48,872 bases of DNA from contig JAHLWZ010000146.1 of NCBI GenBank assembly GCA_020536535.1, forward strand, positions 1 through 48,872, in the 5' to 3' direction. Source of the DNA: Pelomyxa schiedti (lineage: Eukaryota; Protista; Evosea). The notes beneath the pieces are model-generated. The model was not told the origin of the DNA, made no database searches, and saw nothing but the letters and a program-made list of their open reading frames with translations. Shown here piece by piece: positions 22,100-34,700 of the stretch; position 1 is the stretch's first letter, and every line of letters starts with the position of its first letter. Made by a program: the position numbers and the translations under genes.

Positions 22100-23324
22100 T
22101 CAGTGTCGGATGAACAAGTACCAGGCAACGATGACAGCAATTACGACAACGGCAATGTCAATGCACCTCTTTGCAGCCTTTACTTCCTTGAGAGCCTTCT
22201 TTTGCTCTTTGTGCGCTTTTTGTAGCTCCTGGTGCTCTAATTGCAGATGGTTGTGTGCTGTTTCGAGACGGTTGTGTTCTGTTTGTAAAGTGTTGTTTGC
22301 TGTGGTGAGGTTCTCCTGTTTCACTATGAGTTTGTTGTGATCTGTTAGGAGAGTGCTGTGTGTTGTGGTGAGAGCGTTGAGTGTGGTGGTGAGGCTCTCG
22401 TGTTTCACTATGAGTTGGTTGTGATCTGTTAGGAGAGTGCTGCGTGTTGCGGTGAGAGCGTTGAGTGTGGTGGTGAGGCGCTCGTGTTTTGCTATGAGTT
22501 TGTTGTGATCTGTTAGGAGAGTGCTGTGTGTTGTGGTGAGAGCGTTGAGTGTGATGGTGAGGCTCTCGTGTTTTGCTATGAGTTGGTTGTGCTCTGTTTG
22601 TAGCTTGGTGAGTGTGTCTTTGAGTTCCTTCTTTCTGCTTTTGNNNNNNNNNNNNNNNNNNNNNNNNNNNNNNNNNNNNNNNNNNNNNNNNNNNNNNNNN
22701 NNNNNNNNNNNNNNNNNNNNNNNNNNNNNNNNNNNNNNNNNNNGCTGTGTGTTGTGGTGAGAGCGTTGAGTGTGATGGTGAGGCTCTCGTGTTTTGCTAT
22801 GAGTTGGTTGTGCTCTGTTTGTAGCTTGGTGAGTGTGTCTTTGAGTTCCTTCTTTCTGCTTTTGTAGTCATTTTTAGTGGTTTCCAGTATCTTCTTGGTG
22901 GTTTCCAGCTCCGTCTTGGTGGTTTCCAGTCTCTGCTTGGCGGCTTTCAGTTCCTTCTTAGTGCTTTTCAGATCCTTTCCACTATGTGACAGGGCTCTTA
23001 TTTTGTCGGCGATGACTTCTCGGGATGCAGCCAAGTCTTTTTCTTGGCCCTGACTGATCTCAAGGCGACGTGAACTTTCTTCCTGAAGGACCTCTGCACG
23101 CATGGCCAAAACATTATCCAGTTTGTCCTTTAGGAGAATATCAGCGACCTCTAGAATGTTTGTTTTATCTGTCAGCACGTTGTGTTGTTTACTGTGTTAC
23201 ATACTTTGGTGCGATGTCAATGACCTCGAGGGTACCAATTCATCACTGACAGAAAAGAAGAATCTGAATATGTATCAGCGGTATTGTGTTGTGAAAAGAA
23301 TACCAACCTCCCCATCGCTGCCAT
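22100..23324 (-). CDS. Coiled-coil protein with 28-aa tandem repeats and a C-terminal transmembrane anchor; 5' exons uncertain
   Basis: ORFs 22576-23178 and 22100-22408 are continuous once the duplicated gap flank is collapsed. Heptad pattern; terminal IAVVVIAVIVAWYLFIRH*. Confidence 0.7.
22317..22595. repeat. 84-bp coding tandem repeat, 3 full copies plus partial
   Basis: Units start at 22317, 22401, 22485 and 22569; encode KHESLTTTLNALTTTHSTLLTDHNKLIV-like repeats. Confidence 0.9.
22644..22743. other. Assembly gap (100 N) flanked by an exact 121-nt duplication
   Basis: 22523-22643 is identical to 22744-22864. Confidence 0.95.
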
Positions 23325-23371
23325 TACTACCAGCCAAGGTGGATTAAATTCAGCAAAAGTTGCCCAACTGT

Positions 23372-25362
23372 TTATCTCAGACTGTTGTTTTTGTGTATAC
23401 ACCAGCAAGCCACAGCACCACTGCATGGCTTTTCGGTTTTCATCAGAACAAATGCAAGGCACAAAGGTGACTTTGGGGGGAATATAGCCATATTACGTAG
23501 CATGTTGGACTGTAGTTGAAAGAACTTGCGGCGGAGTAGTTCTTTGGCCTTTTCCCTGGTGAATGATTCAGGAATGTATGCAACTTCACAGATTAGTTGG
23601 TCATGTTTTGTTCCTCCGGTGTTGTCAGAAACATGAGACGGTAAAAAATCTGTGCCACATAGCAAATCTTTACTTTCCGGGTCATTCGGGAGAAACATGT
23701 GTAAGCTGTACTGAGTCTGACATTGGTGAAGGAACGTGCTTGCTTGTTTACTGCTCTTAAAGGTTCCCAGGCAATCAATTTCCCTGCTTAAATCCTGGAA
23801 ATTCTGCAGTTCCAGCCCGCAACGATCTGATAACCACCCTCTGACCAGATTTTCAACAAACAAAGATTCACCCAGCTTCTTTTTTCCAGTATTGCCGCGC
23901 TTGTGGCTGAACAATTGTGTTGTGTCCCCAGAAGCCTTGGAAGAAACCGGACTTGCAGGGACCGGAACCGGACTGCTGCCACTTGCAGGGCTAGGCTTTA
24001 TGGTTTTTTCTACATTTGGATGGTACGGTAGAATTTCTCGTTGTCCTGGAGATGGTATTCTGTCTGTATTTCCTCCTTCACAGTGGGCTGCTGTCTGTGC
24101 TGCCACTGGAGCTGCTGTGCTTGCAGTAGATATTGTGGGATCAAGGACCTCATCCTTTGGGCAGATAATTTCCACAAGTGGAGAAGAAACTTCCTGGCAA
24201 TGTGCCTCACACAACAGTTTAGCCTTGTCCAGCCAGGTGTGCTCATGGTCCATAGATTGCAAATTCTGTAGTAATTTCAGCTTGCGCAGCAACCCCAAGA
24301 TCCTGTTTCTATTGAAACTGTCAGAGCTGGAACTGTAAGAGGTGCCAGTAGAAATTAAATCTCTCGGAAAGGAAAGCCCATGAAAAATAAAGCAAAGTGA
24401 TTGCAAATCACACGCCATTGTAAGGAGCCCCAGGTGCTGGAAGATTGACGCCCAAAGAGCATTCCCTCGGAACGCCATCGAGTAATCAAACATGTCAATT
24501 GTGAAGGGCCCCATACTTGCTGCTGTAGTGGTTGCAGTTACGGTTTCAGCTGCGGTTGTGGTTTCAGCTGCAGTTGCAGTTCCGGCTGCGGTGGTGTTGC
24601 TTCTAATTTCAGCTAAGTCAAAATCCACTATTTTAACTGGAGAAGTAGGGTCCGGTGGCACGATAATATGCTGAGGCTTCAAGTCCAATATTATCACTCC
24701 AGAGCAGTTAATTGTCCATACGGCGCGTATTACCCGCGCTGTGCACTGAGGATCAACCACGTGGATCTTGTTCAAATGAGAATCTCCCACATCTTGCACG
24801 AGAATAGCCTTATGACGGTCTTGACCATTGCAAAATTTTCCAACCACCACACACGGTGAAATGTGCTTTGCTGCTTTAGTAAAAGAAAGAGTTTTGTATG
24901 CCGTGATTTCCCCTTCACTCAACAGCTTGAGAAAAAACTTCACCCTGCCTGGCCGTGCCGTCAAGTCCCCAGGAACAGCCGCACTCTCTGTCACCGTCTC
25001 GTCAGTAGCAAAAATCACATAATATGCGCCCATATACAACCGTCCCGTGGGGCAGACATCAGGGTTATTGAGATTCGGTACTTGAGCGTCCGGTTCGAGA
25101 CGTAAAGTGTTACCACTGTAGAGTGGTCCCACCTCACGGTCGCTCGTAGTGGTAAACAGAACCTCTTCAACAAAGAAAGTACGTTGCATTCTACCGGTCT
25201 GTTATGAGTGTGAATTCCCGTAGGGAGGCATGTGTTGAGCCAAATGAGACTTGTGGAAATGGGAGAACAGACCTTCACGTAATGCTGGACGAGGACATTA
25301 ATGACAATTCGATCTGCAATCTCTTGATTACTTCTTTTCGAATACAAGATTGGCATGGGCAT
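23372..25362 (-). CDS. Divergent protein kinase (CK1-like features) with additional C-terminal domain
   Basis: Exon 25362-25273 spliced in frame to exon 25198-23372. Motifs FFLKLL, GVIILDLKPQHII, VKIVDFDLA, FRGNALWASIFQHLG, CDLQSLCF. Confidence 0.75.
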
Positions 25363-25499
25363 GGGGACCGGGAATGGGTACGGGACCGTGCTGGAGCCCA
25401 AAGGGGGGTAGGGCTGGGGGGCTTCAGTTCCGATTGGATACGACCACGAAAACGGTCTGACAATTTTATGCAGCCATTTTTTTTTCCTCTCTTCAAAGA

Positions 25500-27144
25500 A
25501 TGGCGGTGTGCGTTGGTCTGCGGACCCAGCACATTGCTATGTTGCTGGGCACCGCTCTGATGAGTTGTTGGTGCGCAGTAGCAGCGCCGCCGTCAGTGCC
25601 AGAGTTGGTTGTCAACCTGGACACCGAGGCTGGACACCGGTGGGACCACGTTGTGGACTGGGCCTTGGCCGCGTCGACGTGGGGATCCGGCCTCGGTGCC
25701 GTGATGGCAGACGCGGAGCGGAGCGCATCCGAGGCTGGGTGCTGGGACGAGTGCAGGGGCAGGCTCAGTGCCGCTTTCGAGACGAGATTCCCTGATCAAT
25801 ACGCAGAACTCGCGTGCGTGTCGTTTCGGGCTGGAGGGTTTCCGTTTTCCTTTTCCCCCCCGCCTCTTTTCTTTCTTTGTTTTGTTTGTGCTATTTCATC
25901 GCTTGTTTGTTGACTTGGGTATCATTAATATTAGAGGGATCGCAGATTATCTGACTGCTGCCGGGCATTCGTATTCTACTCAAGACTTAGTGACTTATCA
26001 GTATGTTATCAGAATTTTGTGATTTTAATGTTGTTTGTGACCATCCCCACTCAAAGATATTTGTACGAACTTTCTCATACAAGTAGTGGCCAAGAAAGTT
26101 TAGGTTGCACCACAGTCTTGGTGGAAGACCCGAATGGTATCCCTATTTAATTCATTTTTACACGCTTGGCAATGTAACAGCTTTTTTTGTTACCCAGAGC
26201 AGGTGTTGTGAGGCACGGTCACAACCTTGATTATGCTGTTCCAGAATACCAAAATGCATCCGCACTTCTCAGTTGGCAAAAAAGTGGGGAGGAACTCTTC
26301 TCTAGTACCCAAGGGGTTCTAGGTATCTTATGTTTTTTTTTTTTCCGGTACCCTCTCACCTTACTTAGAATGCATTGGGATATCGGGAAATGCCATGTGT
26401 GACTCATGTGGGCTTACGTTTTCCTACAACTGGCGTTATAGCATCATTCCTCTTGAGGTTTGCACCCTCTAATCACAATTTAACATTGTCTGATAGTTAA
26501 TCTAGACCGTTCTACAATGCATAGAAGAGGACACATCCATTGCTCCCCTTAGCAACTATATTCGAGCCAGGTTTGTGATGCCCACAAACTCTGTATCGCT
26601 TGATACATCTCTTAGGTTCGAACAGAAGATATCCTTTTCCGACCTTCAGTTGGAATTAGAAACCAACCCCGTGTGCTCCCCTGTATATATGATGCTGTCT
26701 AGCACAACAGCAACTCAAGGTGTAGCTTTGACAAGAGACCCCGACAGTCTAGGTACAAACTTCTACTTTTGAAACTGAAAGTTATTATCCCTTGTCCTCA
26801 TTAATATCTTGCACAGTTTTTTCGCAGTCACTGGATGTGGACCATTGGTATGTTGTTCAAGCCAACTACGATGTATGGGAGCCACCACCTGAGGGTGATG
26901 ATAGAGTCAGTATGGCCTCATCCTTCCTTGATTCTCTGGGTACCTAATTTCCTGCATTTCATTCTTCACAGTGGAAACTGACAACAATGCAACAGGTCAA
27001 AGTGTTGGTGCAACAAATTATGGGTTGTGGGAGACTTTATCATTGCCGGGGAATGACACTACGAGGGGTGTACTATCTTCAAGTACATTGTGGACTTTCT
27101 TGATGGATGACAACACTGGAAACTCCAAGTCCTGGTTTAGGTGA
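25500..27144 (+). CDS. Acid ceramidase / NAAA-family Ntn hydrolase, secreted or lysosomal
   Basis: Signal peptide; VVNLDTEAGHRW; YAEL|RGIA; YEL...GCTTVLVED (Cys nucleophile); HGHNLDY; GVALTRD; WYVVQANYDVWEPPPEGDDR; TGA at 27142-27144. Confidence 0.88.
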
Positions 27145-27193
27145 CCTAAACCACAACTCGTTTTTTTCAAAAAAAAAGAAATTCTTTTTTTTT

Positions 27194-28253
27194 TCAAGTG
27201 TTGTTAAGCTTCCATTCATAGAATTCAGGGCAAAGGTAGACAACTAGAGCAATCCAACCATATTTAGAGGGTGAAAACACTTCCCTCTTTCGATGCATAC
27301 ATCCAGCCAACATTTCTTTGGCACAGTCCTGTGCCGTGATGAATTTGAGCCCGTGTGAGTTGTATGGTACTTTCCCACCCAGTGATTTTCCAGAAGGATC
27401 CAGCCTTGATATACCTTGAGTCATTTCTGTTTGCACAAAGCCTGGAGAGCCAACTGTGATGCTTACACCATATTCTTTTACTTCAGTGCGAACATTATTG
27501 CACAACGATAAAATGGCAGCTTTAGATGCAGAATAGAATGAACGATTCTTTCTGTGCGCATGTGCTGAAGCACTGGAAACAACAAGGATCCGGCCATGTG
27601 ACTTTCTAAGCTTTTCAATTAGTGCAAACGGATTTAGAGAAGTAACTACTTAAGGTGAGGCAGAGCAAGTTGCATTTCCCAGACAGGTCCCCAGAAGTTA
27701 GTGTTGACAATGACTTCCGCACCTTCTTTTGTTGCATCTTCAAACAGATAATCCATTGAGACTCCAGCATTTAGAACAAGCAAGTCAATTCCCCCACACT
27801 GCTGAACAGCAAATTCCAGCATAGATTTGGAATCTGCATTAATTAAAGAGGGAAATATGGAAACTATAAGTTAAAAAAAGTGCCAATAGAACAAACCATC
27901 AAAATTAGTAACATCACAAACAACCGGCACGACCTTGGTTGCTTTGGATAGAATAGAACATTCACGTGCCACGTCTTCAATGCGGTCACGTCTCCTCGCT
28001 GCCAAAACTACACATTTAGCACCACCAGCGGCGCATTCCAATGCTATCTGAGACCACCGATGAGAGCAAGAAAACCTTGGTAGAAGTAACTTGTGGGTGC
28101 ACAAACCTGGCGCCCAATGCCGCTAGATGCACCAGTGACAACCACGACCAAATCCCTGGCCCAATTGGGACCAAGAGTCCTCGATCCTCTCCGCCTCAGA
28201 TACCACACGAGAGCGATTACGACCACAGCAACGACTGCCACTACGCCCACCAT
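27194..28253 (-). CDS. Short-chain dehydrogenase/reductase (11-beta-HSD/DHRS7-like) with N-terminal membrane anchor
   Basis: Hydrophobic N-terminus, VVVTGASSGIG, LAARR, IDLLVLNAG, YSASKAA (YxxxK), PGFVQTEMT. Confidence 0.9.
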
Positions 28254-28328
28254 GCAATTGGCTTGAAATCAACACCACGAAACGGTGACCACGACATTCA
28301 TTCGTGGTTTCTCCGGATTTGGTCGACG

Positions 28329-30500
28329 ATGATGACGGCCGAACCGGCGCAGACAACAACAACGACCAGCGCGGTGGCCCTGGCCCTCAAGTGGCACTGC
28401 CGCCACTGCTTCACATTCTCCCCGCGGCGGCAACATCGCCGCCGGTCCCACGGCGGCAGCGAGGAGGAGGATTCCGTGGTGGTGGTGGCGGGGTACGGGG
28501 CGGCCGGGGACGTGGCGGCGTGCATGCTGGTGTGCCGGGCGTGGGGGGAGGCCATCCGGGGCATCATGGGGGAGATATGCCACGCCCTGTGCCGCGCCAA
28601 GTACCTGCTGTGTCCTCGCTGCCTGCCCCCTGCATTCCCCGTGATCTCTATTCTCTTCCCCTCTCCTCTTCTTCCTTCCGTTTCTTGTGTTTTTTGTCTT
28701 GTGTTGTCTTTGCTTTGATTGGTAAGTGTGTTGTGGTGTGCTGTGCTGTGCTGTGCTGTGCTGTATTGTTTTGTGTTGTGTTGGGATGTCACTGACATTT
28801 ATTCTATTCGTTGAACTTCGGTGTTTGTCTCTTACTCTCTCACTCGGAAGTCGTGGGGCCATTTGTATCGCAGTAAGACAGCGCCGTCAGTGACGGGTGT
28901 GCGCGTTGCGAACCTGGAACTGAATGGGGCTACTTCGTTGTGAGTGGTGACAAATATGTTCTCTAACACTCCTGAATTAACCTTTTTTTTTTGTTTTAGC
29001 TCTGAGTTTATTTCTCAGACTGCAAGAGCACTCTCCAACCTTCCTCGTCTCCCTGCTACTCTAGTCAATATAAGGGAAAGCCTTGCTCAGGTGCACGGCC
29101 TCATAAAGCGCCTTGAGCTAGTAGAAGATACTGGAGAATACAACAAAATCTGTCAGGGGCTTTCAGACACTCTATGGATGTCAGTACATGCAAAAACATT
29201 TAACCCAGAGGAACCCAAACTGAGAAAACTCTTTGCCCTCCTTGTATTGTTTTTCATAGCTACGACCTCTGCCCCGGTTGTCCGTTTTTCATTCCCCATG
29301 TTGAGAAATGTGTGTGCTTTCAACATTAAAACAGAGTATAACAAAATTAGGCATGCTCTCAAAGTGACACTATGGAAATGTCTGTATTCTCAAACATGAA
29401 CCTAAAGGAAAATGCTGAGTATAACTCCTTTACTGAGCTTCAACTAACACAGTGAAGCATGCAACTATTAACTAGTTCTACTATACTTCAAATCTTTTTA
29501 AAAAACACTCGGACTGGAACCAATATTGCCACCACTCACATGTTAAACTGTTATGATATGCATACCATGGAATTCTATTGTTCTTATCTTCTGAGGGTAT
29601 GGAGCGGCTTGTATTACGTAATATACTTTCCTAAAGTATTGAAGTATCTTCAATCTGGGTCAGGGCCTTCTTTGGAGGCTGCAAACAAAAAGTGCCTTGT
29701 AGCTTTGAGCAGGGCCCTGAGGACAGATGATCACGTGACTCCTCAAATACTTGGTCTGTTCTTTGCTTCGAAAGACATTCAACAGATATCTAGACTAATA
29801 CATTTCACAGAGACATTGCAATCGAAATTCTCCTCGACAGGTTGGGCACGAGGTTTCGTCACAGCGTGCTACACAATAGCGAAATTCGAAGCACCACAGT
29901 AAAAGAAACTTCTCACCTCTGTGTCTGCCACAATTCTGATTAACTTGTTGAATGCTCCAACTGTCACAGGGCCGTTAGGTTCGTGTCAAGTATTAGCACC
30001 CTTCTGCATAGTTGCATCACACTTCCGCAGCTGAACAATGACCAGTGGTGGCTGGCCTTCTCATGTCTGCAATTTTTGTCGCTCTACGCTGGTGAAGGCG
30101 AAGATTGCACTTGCCTGTTTGAATGTGGCACCATAGAGACATCTTTATTGCACTTGTGTACTCATGCAAGGTAACACCAGAGGCCACATCCCAAGGATTA
30201 TTTCTGTCTGGCTTAAATTTAATTTAGTGTTACTTCCCAACAAACCCCTTGTACTAACTCGGGTATTTCCTCCTCTAGGCTTTTGCATTCCAAACACAAT
30301 GATCCAGGCAGGAAACGGGAACCGTTTTATTTACCAGCTGCAGGTACATTCAACACCGTTGGTTTTTCCCATCTGAATGAGACAACAGCGTTTTGTGAAG
30401 CAGGACCACTATTCTCCGCTTTTGGTGCTCAGGGCTCCCCACTTCAAACAGGTAAATCCTGTATCCATATTTCCCCTAGTAACAGTCGGGGTTAGATACC
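28329..30500 (+). CDS. Hypothetical protein with F-box-like N-terminus and helical (ARM-like) region; exon structure and 3' end uncertain
   Basis: GC-rich first exon with GDVAACMLVCRAW; downstream helical ORFs 28944-29399, 29459-29902 and 29983-30174. Confidence 0.4.
28736..28764. repeat. (CTGTG)n microsatellite, probably intronic
   Basis: About five tandem pentamers. Confidence 0.8.
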
Positions 30501-30920
30501 GCAGAGACAGCTTTGTTTCTCATATCCCAGGGTGATCACAATGAAAAAAATAAAGTGCTACAGACACTGGTAGCTTTTCCTGGCTTTTATGACCTGGTGA
30601 CCACTTCTGCATTGGATTGCAGTGCTCTCCAAGTGGCCTTGGGCTCACGGTCTCCCTAACAGCATTTACTGTATTTTTTTTTAATAAACGGAAACACAAA
30701 TGCCCGTTATTTTGAATAGCTCTGTAACAGAGCTATTCATGCAATTGCAAAGCCCGCTGCTTTCAAGGCCAGGCAAATCAATGAAAAAAAGATCTGTGGA
30801 TCTCCGTTCCCGAGAACAAGAAAGGAATAAGCAAAAATGCTTTATTTCTTGTTTAATTTTGTGTATTTTCGAAAAAAAAACCGTCTGTATTCCGCCGTAA
30901 GCCGAATATACGACACATAA

Positions 30921-31707
30921 ATGACAGATCCTGCTGCAACAACAGCGCAGACTATCAAACTTGTGGTGGTTGGAGATGGTGCCGTGGGGAAAACGTGTTT
31001 GCTCATTACCTACGCAAACCACGAGTTCCCGAAGACTTATGTACCGACAGTCTTTGATAACTACGGTTGGAAGGACGGCTTTTTCCCCCTTCTTTCTAAC
31101 TTTATGTTAGTTGTGACACTTACTGCCGGCAATCGAAACATCGAGCTGACTCTGTGGGATACCGTATGTGCCTTTTTTAGATAGAACGCAAGTGTAATGT
31201 TTTATAGGCAGGCCAAGAAGAGTATGATCGACTTAGGCCTCTCAGTTATTCTAACACGAACGTGTTCTTGATCTGCTTTGCCATCACTAACCCCGTTTCA
31301 CTGGAGAACGTCAGCGCCAAGTGGTACCCAGAAATTGTACACTTTAGCCCAGGTACTTTTGCATTCCAGTCTTAGTTCCTTGAACTGACCTACTCGGCAG
31401 CTGATGGTGTGCCCTACCTTCTGGTCGGCACCAAGGTTGACGGCCGAAATGACCCTGATGCTATTGCAAAATTGAAGTCAATGGGGCAATCTGTGGTTAC
31501 GTATGACCAAGGAAATGAAGTTGCTGAGAAGATCAAGGCTCTCAAGTACATTGAGTGTTCCGCGAAGTCCGGAGAGAACTTGAAAGGGGTCTTTGATGAA
31601 GCTATCAAGGCTGTGCTGTTCAATAAAGGTGCTCTCCTGTTCTACTGCCTATTTATTCTTATTTTTTTCCCTCAGGAAAGAAGAGGAAACGCTGCTCTGT
31701 AATGTAA
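30921..31707 (+). CDS. Rho-family small GTPase (Rac-like)
   Basis: [30 protein letters not shown]|[28 protein letters not shown]; spliced C-terminus [10 protein letters not shown] (polybasic + CaaX). Confidence 0.97.
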
Positions 31708-31779
31708 AACAGTTTGCATAAAAAGCATTTGCTTCAAATACAAATTCTTTTGTATTGTAACTGCTCTTCTTTTTACTTT

Positions 31780-34700
31780 TCAGTTCTTTCTCCTGAGGAG
31801 GAAAACAGGAACGTGCTTTGTGGCACTTTTCCAGAAGACGTCATACAGGAATGTGCCGGAGGGGAAAAACCCTCCCTAGGAATTCGGATCAGTAAGAACC
31901 TTACTAGTACTGTACAGAAATGCACACCTGGAAGGATCGTGGTCCGTAGGTGGCCAAGTCGTCGTATACAAAGGCCCCTTCACTGGGATTGTCCCCAAAA
32001 GCAACAACTTTGTAGTGGCTGACGTACCCAACAGAGCAGAAAAATGATATCTAAAGAAGAATAAGTGCTAAGTGCTTTTGTTGTTGTGGTACCAATGAGA
32101 CAAGTGTGAAGTCAACGTTGTTTGTAATCCAGCTTGTTAGTTCTGTACTTTTGGTGTACAAGGTATCAAAGACAATTACATAGTCGACAGCCGGGTTCCG
32201 TCGAAATTCCTTAGAAATTTTCCTTGTTATCGCGGATTGCTCTGTGACTCCTGTAATATCTTGAAACAGTTAGCAAGGAGTAAGTTGGTATGATGCAAAC
32301 ACACCGCAAGTGACGAAGAGCCGCGATTGGGGACAGGACTTCACTTGTTGCAATACTGTGAGGAACGCCTTGAGGGCACACTGGCTTTCCCCATATTCAA
32401 ATCCAAGGCACTGAAACCACTTCCAAAGATGGAAGTAGGATGTTTTACAGAGAGACCACACATCATCTGCGTGATGATTGGCGTGGATGATATCCTTACA
32501 CAACTGGCCCAGCGCCACTGGGAGTGGGCAGCTCAAGGGAGAACTGAGTGGAGAAATAGATGAGCAAAATAATAGTGGTATAAGAGCCAGTACTATTTAC
32601 TCTGTGGAGCCACAAAAGGAGGCACTGCATCAAATAGAGTTCGCAATGGCGGAATTGTACAACAGAACATGACTACAGAATCGAGCCAGCAGTTTTTCCC
32701 TCTTGAATCACACACAGGACCTCGGAATATGTGTGAAAAAGAATATTCCCTAAGATCCCGCTGAGCTAGACACGCTGAAAATCCAAAAGGAGTTGGAAGG
32801 AAGTTCTTTGTTGATGTGGTATTATTGCCATAATAGCACAGGACACTCTATTTCTAGTCAGTGTAAAAATGCTCTATTTTGTTTACCGTATCGAAGCTAG
32901 AAATTCCTCCTCCACAACTACGAATCACTTGCACTACCGGTTTAGGAGGCTTACGCGGGGCAGGTTTTGTTGCCGATTTAGTGGTGGTATGTACTGTAGA
33001 AGATGGCGCCGAGTGTTGAACTGATGGTGTGGGGACATGAGCTGAGGGAGAAGAACGAATTGTCTGAGCGGGNNNNNNNNNNNNNNNNNNNNNNNNNNNN
33101 NNNNNNNNNNNNNNNNNNNNNNNNNNNNNNNNNNNNNNNNNNNNNNNNNNNNNNNNNNNNNNNNNNNNNNNNTACGCGGGGCAGGTTTTGTTGCCGATTT
33201 AGTGGTGGTATGTACTGTAGAAGATGGCGCCGAGTGTTGAACTGATGGTGTGGGGACATGAGCTGAGGGAGAAGAACGAATTGTCTGAGCGGGTGCGGAA
33301 GTAGAACTATAATAGGATGAAGTCTCGGCCTCGAAGGGGAACGAATACTTGAATGACGAATTCGTTTGGGTCACCGAAGGAGTTACATGGGCGCTTACTC
33401 TGGATTCTTCAGAGAAGGGTTGTCTATTCTCACCTGTCAATTGAGGTGTGAGAGTGTCGTCTTTGGGCATTGAAAAAAGTGAGCTGGAGTACGGTGAGTA
33501 TGTTGTTGCTGGTGATTTCGCCGATTCTTTCTTTGTTTCGTGAATGGCTGTAGTAACCAATCTTTGGATCGCCGGTGGTTCAGTTGAAGTGGGTTTGGGG
33601 GGAGATACACTTGCAGGTTTTTTCTTAATTTCCTCCCTTTTTGGTTCAGTGCGTTTTACAGGGGGCGGCGGAATGTATGGTTCATAACCATCAAACAAAT
33701 CAAATCCCCCAAGATCACGCTCCTCTTCTTCCTGGAATCCCCAGGAAGAATAGCCAAACCCATCCTCTTCACATTCATAACATTCGTCTTTCGCACATTC
33801 CTTTGCCTTCTCTTCGCGTTTTTTTTCAGTTTTTGACATCGCCATTTCCGGCACTGAACTCGGAGCCGTATGAGGTACTGCTTGCAAAAATGCACTGAAG
33901 TATAACTCTCCGAAATCGCGTTTTCTTTCTGCCAGCGGACCTTCTTTTGAAGGTTCATAGACAAGATTTCCGGAACCACAGCTCATGGAACCCATGCCCC
34001 TCTCTTCGAACGGTATTTCACAAGGCGGGCTTGGTGCTGGGGAATGTCCTGGGGTCGGTTCAAAAAAGGCATCATATTGTACTGCGTCACTACTGTCTTC
34101 TTCATTTCTCTGGGAAGACTCTGCAGGATTGAGTGTATGAGTGAGGTCACTAGTAGTCACATCTGTGGGCCCATTATCTCCAGCTAAATTTAACTGGAAA
34201 TAGTTTGGCTTCTCCAACAGAGCAGCCCTTTTGAGAGAATTCCTGTACGAGAGCCTCTCACCATGTATTCTAGTTTGGCGCATATCAGCTGCTAATCGGG
34301 CTCTGCGTTGATTTTGTTCTTCCCTCATTTGTTGTAGTCTACTTGCCATGGCTTTCTTTCTTTCAGCAAACACCGCAAGGTCCAGTTTTTCGTGTGTTTT
34401 CTGTCCACACAAGAGTCTCCATTCATCGTCCATAGCCTTGAGCCAACTCCAATACTCTTCGTTCCCTTTCTCAATGTCCCACTCAAGTAGGGACGCTGAG
34501 CCACCCCATCCATCGAACTGTTGCTCAGGAAGATTATCCACAACTGAACAAAGTGTTTCCAGTGCAGGTGTTGGAGTGGTTCGACGGTCACCAGGTTTCC
34601 TCTCTTCGATGGCAACAAAAGATGTCAGAGGAGAAAGAACGGAGTACTCGCAGCTCAGTTGAAGAATTTGATTGCTAAGACTTTTCTTCTGCATTTCAGA

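Noticed and set aside
22317-22595. CRISPR-like array
   Set aside because: Units are contiguous 84-bp coding repeats with no unique spacers.
32934-33293. Apparent tandem repeat and frameshift or premature stop in the PARP4-like gene
   Set aside because: Caused by the 121-nt overlap duplicated around the 100-N gap; the frame is continuous when collapsed.
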